Shown piece by piece: positions 58,601 through 64,000 of a stretch of DNA of 64,000 nucleotides (the first letter of the stretch is position 1; every line of letters starts with the position of its first letter). The position numbers and the translations under genes are program-made. The notes below the pieces were generated by a model. That model made no database searches, was not told the origin of the DNA, and worked only from the letters and a program-made list of their open reading frames with translations. This DNA is from Auanema rhodensis (Eukaryota; Animalia; Nematoda), in contig OZ059894.1 in the NCBI GenBank assembly GCA_964057225.1, positions 558,001 to 622,000 on the forward strand. The letters are read 5' to 3'.

Positions 58601-59829
58601 TTTGAAAACCGCATCTCTTTATCTTTCACGTGAAGCGAGTTACATACCAAGTGCACATCACGTGTACATTTAATTAGCATAAATTAAAGTTCACGTAAAT
58701 TTCAAAGTCATGGTTACCATGAACCAATATCAATAAAAATTTGTTTTTAGACTAATATGAATATGGGGAATCTAATTTTGAAAACCGCATCTCCTTATCT
58801 TTCACGGGAAGTGAGTTACATACCAAGTGCACATCACGTGTACATTTAATTAGCATAAATTAAAGTTCACGTAAATTTCAAAGTCATGGTTACCATGAAC
58901 CAATATCAATAAAAATTTGTTTTTAGACTAATATGGACATGGGGAATCTAATTTTGAAAACCGCATCTCTTTATCTTTCACGTGAAGCGAGTTACATACC
59001 AAGTGCAGATCACGTGTACATTTAATTAGCATAAATTAAAGTTCACGTAAATTTCAAAGTCATGGTTACCATGAACCAATATCAATAAAAATTTGTTTTT
59101 AGACTAATATGGACATGGGGAATCTAATTTTGAAAACCGCATCTCTTTATCTTTCACGTGAAGCGAGTTACATACCAAGTGCACATCACGTGTACATTTA
59201 ATTAGCATAAATTAAAGTTCACGTAAATTTCAAAGTCATGGTTACCATGAACCAATATCAATAAAAATTTGTTTTTAGACTAATATGGACATGAGGAATC
59301 TAATTTTGAAAACCGCATCTCTTTATCTTTCACGTGAAGCGAGTTACATACCAAGTGCACATCACGTGTACATTTAATTAGCATAAATTAAAATTCACTT
59401 AATTTTCAAAGTCATGGTTACCATGAACCAATATCAATAAAAATTTGTTTTTAGACTAATATGGACATGGGGAATCTTATTTTGAAAACCGCATCTCTTT
59501 ATCTTTCACGTAAAGCGAGTTACATACCAAGTGCACATCACGTGTACATTTAATTAGCATAAATTAAAGTTCACGTAAATTTCAAAGTCATGGTTACCAT
59601 GCACCAATATCAATAAAAATTTGTTTTTAGACTAATATGGACATGGGGAATCTAATTTTAAAAACCGCATCTCTTTATCTTTCACGTGAAGCGAGTTACA
59701 TACCAAGTGCTCATCACGTGTACATTTAATTAGCATAAATTAAAGTTCACGTAATTTTCAAAGACATGGTTACCATGAACCAATATCAATAAAAATTTGT
59801 TTTTAGACTAATATGGACATGGGGAATCT

Positions 59830-62800
59830 AATTTTGAAAACCGCATCTCTTTATCTTTCACGTGGAGCAAGTTACATACCAAGTGCACATCACGTGTACA
59901 TTTAATTAGCATAAATTAAAGTTCACGTAAATTTCAAAGTCATGGTTACCATGCACCAATATCAATAAAAATTTGTTTTTAGACTAATATGGACATGGGG
60001 AATCTAATTTTGAAAACCGCATCTCTTTATCTTTCACGTGAAGCTAGTTACATACCAAGTGCACATCACGTGTACATTTAATTAGCATAAATTGAAGTTC
60101 ACGTAAATTTCAAAGTCATGGTTACCATGCACCAATATCAATAACAATTTGTTTTTAGACTAATATGGACATGGGGAATCTAATTTTGAAAACCGCATCT
60201 CTTTATCTCTCACGTGAAGCGAGTTACATACCAAGTGCACATCACGTGTACATTTAATTAGCATAAATTAAAGTTCACGTAAATTTCAAAGTCATGGTTA
60301 CCATGAACCAATATCAATAAAAATTTGTTTTTAGACTAATATGGACATGGGGAATCTAATTTTGAAAACCGCATCTCTTTATCTTTCACGTGAAGCAAGT
60401 TACATACCAAGTGCACATCACGTGTACATTTAATTAGCATAAATTAAAGTTCACGTAAATTTCAAAGTCATGGTTACCATGCACCAATATCAATAAAAAT
60501 TTGTTTTTAGACTAATATGGACATGGGGAATCTAATTTTGAAAACCGCATCTCTTTATCTTTCACGTGAAGCGAGTTACATACCAAGTGCACATCACGTG
60601 TACATTTAATTAGCATAAATTAAAGTTCACGTAAATTTCAAAGTCATGGTTACCATGAACCAATATCAATAAAAATTTGTTTTTAGACTAATATGGACAT
60701 GGGGAATCTAATTTTGAAAACCGCATCTCTTTATCTTTCACGTGAAGCGAGTTACATACCAAGTGCACATCACGTGTACATTTAATTAGCATAAATTAAA
60801 GTTCACGTAATTTTCAAAGACATGGTTACCATGAACCAATATCAATAAAAATTTGTTTTTAGACTAATATGGATATGGGGAATCTAATTTTGAAAACCGC
60901 ATCTCTTTATCTTTCACGTGAAGCGAGTTACATACCAAGTGCACATCACGTGTACATTTAATTAGCATAAATTAAAGTTCACGTAAATTTCAAAGTCATG
61001 GTTACCATGCACCAATATCAATAAAAATTTGTTTTTAGACTAATATGGACATGGGGAATCTAATTTTGAAAACCGCATCTCTTTATCTTTCACGTGAAGC
61101 GAGTTACATACCAAGTGCACATCACGTGTACATTTAATTGGCATAAATTAAAGTTCACGTAAATTTCAAAGTCATGGTTACCATGCACCAATATCAATAA
61201 CAATTTGTTTTTAGACTAATATGGACATGGGGAATCTAATTTTGAAAACCGCATCTCTTTATCTTTCACGTGAAGCGAGTTACATACCAAGTGCACATCA
61301 CGTGTACATTTAATTAGCATAAATTAAAGTTCACGTAAATTTCAAAGTCATGGTTACCAAGCACCAATATCAATAAAAATTTGTTTTTAGACTAATATGG
61401 ACATGGGGAATCTAATTTTGAAAACCGCATCTCTTTATCTTTCACGTGAAGCGAGTTACATACCAAGTGCACATCACGTGTACATTTAATTAGCATAAAT
61501 TAAAGTTCACGTAAATTTCAAAGTCATGGTTACCATGAACCAATATCAATAAAAATTTGTTTTTAGACTAATATGGACATGGGGAATCTAATTTTGAAAA
61601 CCGCATCTCTTTATCTTTCACGTGAAGCGAGTTACATACCAAGTGCACATCACGTGTACATTTAATTAGCATAAATTAAAATTCACGTAAATTTCAAAGT
61701 CATGGTTACCATGCACCAATATCAATAAAAATTTGTTTTTAGACTAATATGGACATGGGGAATCTAATTTTGAAAACCGCATCTCTTTATCTTTCACGTG
61801 AAGCGAGTTACATACCAAGTGCACATCACGTGTACATTTAATTAGCATAAATTAAAGTTCACGTAAATTTCAAAGTCATGGTTACCATGAACCAATATCA
61901 ATAAAAATTTGTTTTTAGACTAATATGGACATGGGGAATCTAATTTTGAAAACCGCATCTCTTTATCTTTCACGTGAAGCGAGTTACATACCAAGTGCAC
62001 ATCACGTGTACATTTAATTAGCATAAATTAAAATTCACGTAAATTTCAAAGTCATGGTTACCATGCACCAATATCAATAAAAATTTGTTTTTAGACTAAT
62101 ATGGACATGGGGAATCTAATTTTGAAAACCGCATCTCTTTATCTTTCACGTGGAGCAAGTTACATACCAAGTGCACATCACGTGTACATTTAATTAGCAT
62201 AAATTAAAGTTCACGTAAATTTCAAAGTCATGGTTACCATGCACCAATATCAATAAAAATTTGTTTTTAGACTAATATGGACATGGGGAATCTAATTTTG
62301 AAAACCGCATCTCTTTATCTTTCACGTGAAGCTAGTTACATACCAAGTGCACATCACGTGTACATTTAATTAGCATAAATTGAAGTTCACGTAAATTTCA
62401 AAGTCATGGTTACCATGCACCAATATCAATAACAATTTGTTTTTAGACTAATATGGACATGGGGAATCTAATTTTGAAAACCGCATCTCTTTATCTCTCA
62501 CGTGAAGCGAGTTACATACCAAGTGCACATCACGTGTACATTTAATTAGCATAAATTAAAGTTCACGTAAATTTCAAAGTCATGGTTACCATGAACCAAT
62601 ATCAATAAAAATTTGTTTTTAGACTAATATGGACATGGGGAATCTAATTTTGAAAACCGCATCTCTTTATCTTTCACGTGAAGCAAGTTACATACCAAGT
62701 GCACATCACGTGTACATTTAATTAGCATAAATTAAAGTTCACGTAAATTTCAAAGTCATGGTTACCATGCACCAATATCAATAAAAATTTGTTTTTAGAC

Positions 62801-64000
62801 TAATATGGACATGGGGAATCTAATTTTGAAAACCGCATCTCTTTATCTTTCACGTGAAGCGAGTTACATACCAAGTGCACATCACGTGTACATTTAATTA
62901 GCATAAATTAAAGTTCACGTAAATTTCAAAGTCATGGTTACCATGAACCAATATCAATAAAAATTTGTTTTTAGACTAATATGGACATGGGGAATCTAAT
63001 TTTGAAAACCGCATCTCTTTATCTTTCACGTGAAGCGAGTTACATACCAAGTGCACATCACGTGTACATTTAATTAGCATAAATTAAAGTTCACGTAATT
63101 TTCAAAGACATGGTTACCATGAACCAATATCAATAAAAATTTGTTTTTAGACTAATATGGATATGGGGAATCTAATTTTGAAAACCGCATCTCTTTATCT
63201 TTCACGTGAAGCGAGTTACATACCAAGTGCACATCACGTGTACATTTAATTAGCATAAATTAAAGTTCACGTAAATTTCAAAGTCATGGTTACCATGCAC
63301 CAATATCAATAAAAATTTGTTTTTAGACTAATATGGACATGGGGAATCTAATTTTGAAAACCGCATCTCTTTATCTTTCACGTGAAGCGAGTTACATACC
63401 AAGTGCACATCACGTGTACATTTAATTAGCATAAATTAAAGTTCACGTAAATTTCAAAGTCATGGTTACCAAGCACCAATATCAATAAAAATTTGTTTTT
63501 AGACTAATATGGACATGGGGAATCTAATTTTGAAAACCGCATCTCTTTATCTTTCACGTGAAGCGAGTTACATACCAAGTGCACATCACGTGTACATTTA
63601 ATTAGCATAAATTAAAGTTCACGTAAATTTCAAAGTCATGGTTACCATGAACCAATATCAATAAAAATTTGTTTTTAGACTAATATGGACATGGGGAATC
63701 TAATTTTGAAAACCGCATCTCTTTATCTTTCACGTGAAGCGAGTTACATACCAAGTGCACATCACGTGTACATTTAATTAGCATAAATTAAAATTCACGT
63801 AAATTTCAAAGTCATGGTTACCATGCACCAATATCAATAAAAATTTGTTTTTAGACTAATATGGACATGGGGAATCTAATTTTGAAAACCGCATCTCTTT
63901 ATCTTTCACGTGAAGCGAGTTACATACCAAGTGCACATCACGTGTACATTTAATTAGCATAAATTAAAGTTCACGTAATTTTCAAAGACATGGTTACCAT
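59830..64000. repeat. 13-monomer (2288-bp) higher-order duplication; second copy lacks one monomer
   Basis: GTGGAG 59865/62153 and GGATATGG 60874/63162 are at offset 2288. CCAAGC 61360/63472 is at offset 2112 (12 monomers). Confidence 0.88.

Larger units (their letters stand above)
1..64000. repeat. 176-bp AT-rich tandem satellite array, about 363.7 copies, single orientation; probable centromeric/pericentromeric satellite DNA
   Basis: AATTTTGAAAACCGC recurs at 1, 177, 353, 881, 2641, 5281, 7921 and 10561 (exact multiples of 176). The phase at the window end (63878) is explained by 12 single-T deletions and one A insertion. Consensus is 57/176 GC. The centromeric role is inferred only from monomer length and homogeneity. 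Confidence 0.98.

Noticed and set aside
1-64000. CRISPR array or other repeat-spacer system
   Set aside because: There are no unique spacers; the full 176 bp repeats, and there are no cas genes.

Overview
The whole 64 kb window is one uninterrupted head-to-tail tandem array of a 176-bp AT-rich satellite (about 32% GC; consensus AATTTTGAAAACCGCATCTCTTTATCTTTCACGTGAAGCGAGTTACATACCAAGTGCACATCACGTGTACATTTAATTAGCATAAATTAAAGTTCACGTAAATTTCAAAGTCATGGTTACCATG[C/A]ACCAATATCAATAAAAATTTGTTTTTAGACTAATATGGACATGGGGAATCT). It holds 363 complete monomers plus a 123-bp partial. The last monomer starts at 63878, which equals 1 + 363x176 - 11 and matches the 12 one-base deletions and 1 one-base insertion I counted. 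Most monomers differ from consensus at 0-4 positions. I saw no inversion, transposon insertion, gene or RNA gene. The nucleosome-sized monomer and high homogeneity are typical of a eukaryotic centromeric or pericentromeric satellite, but I do not recognise the family or species. I found no protein-coding system. The interest is structural: (i) a monomer packed with short dyad symmetries and three regularly spaced TCACGT cores, and (ii) nested higher-order duplications (3-, 5-, 8-, 11-, 13-, 20-, 21- and 32-mers) with a central variant domain lying between two related flanking domains.
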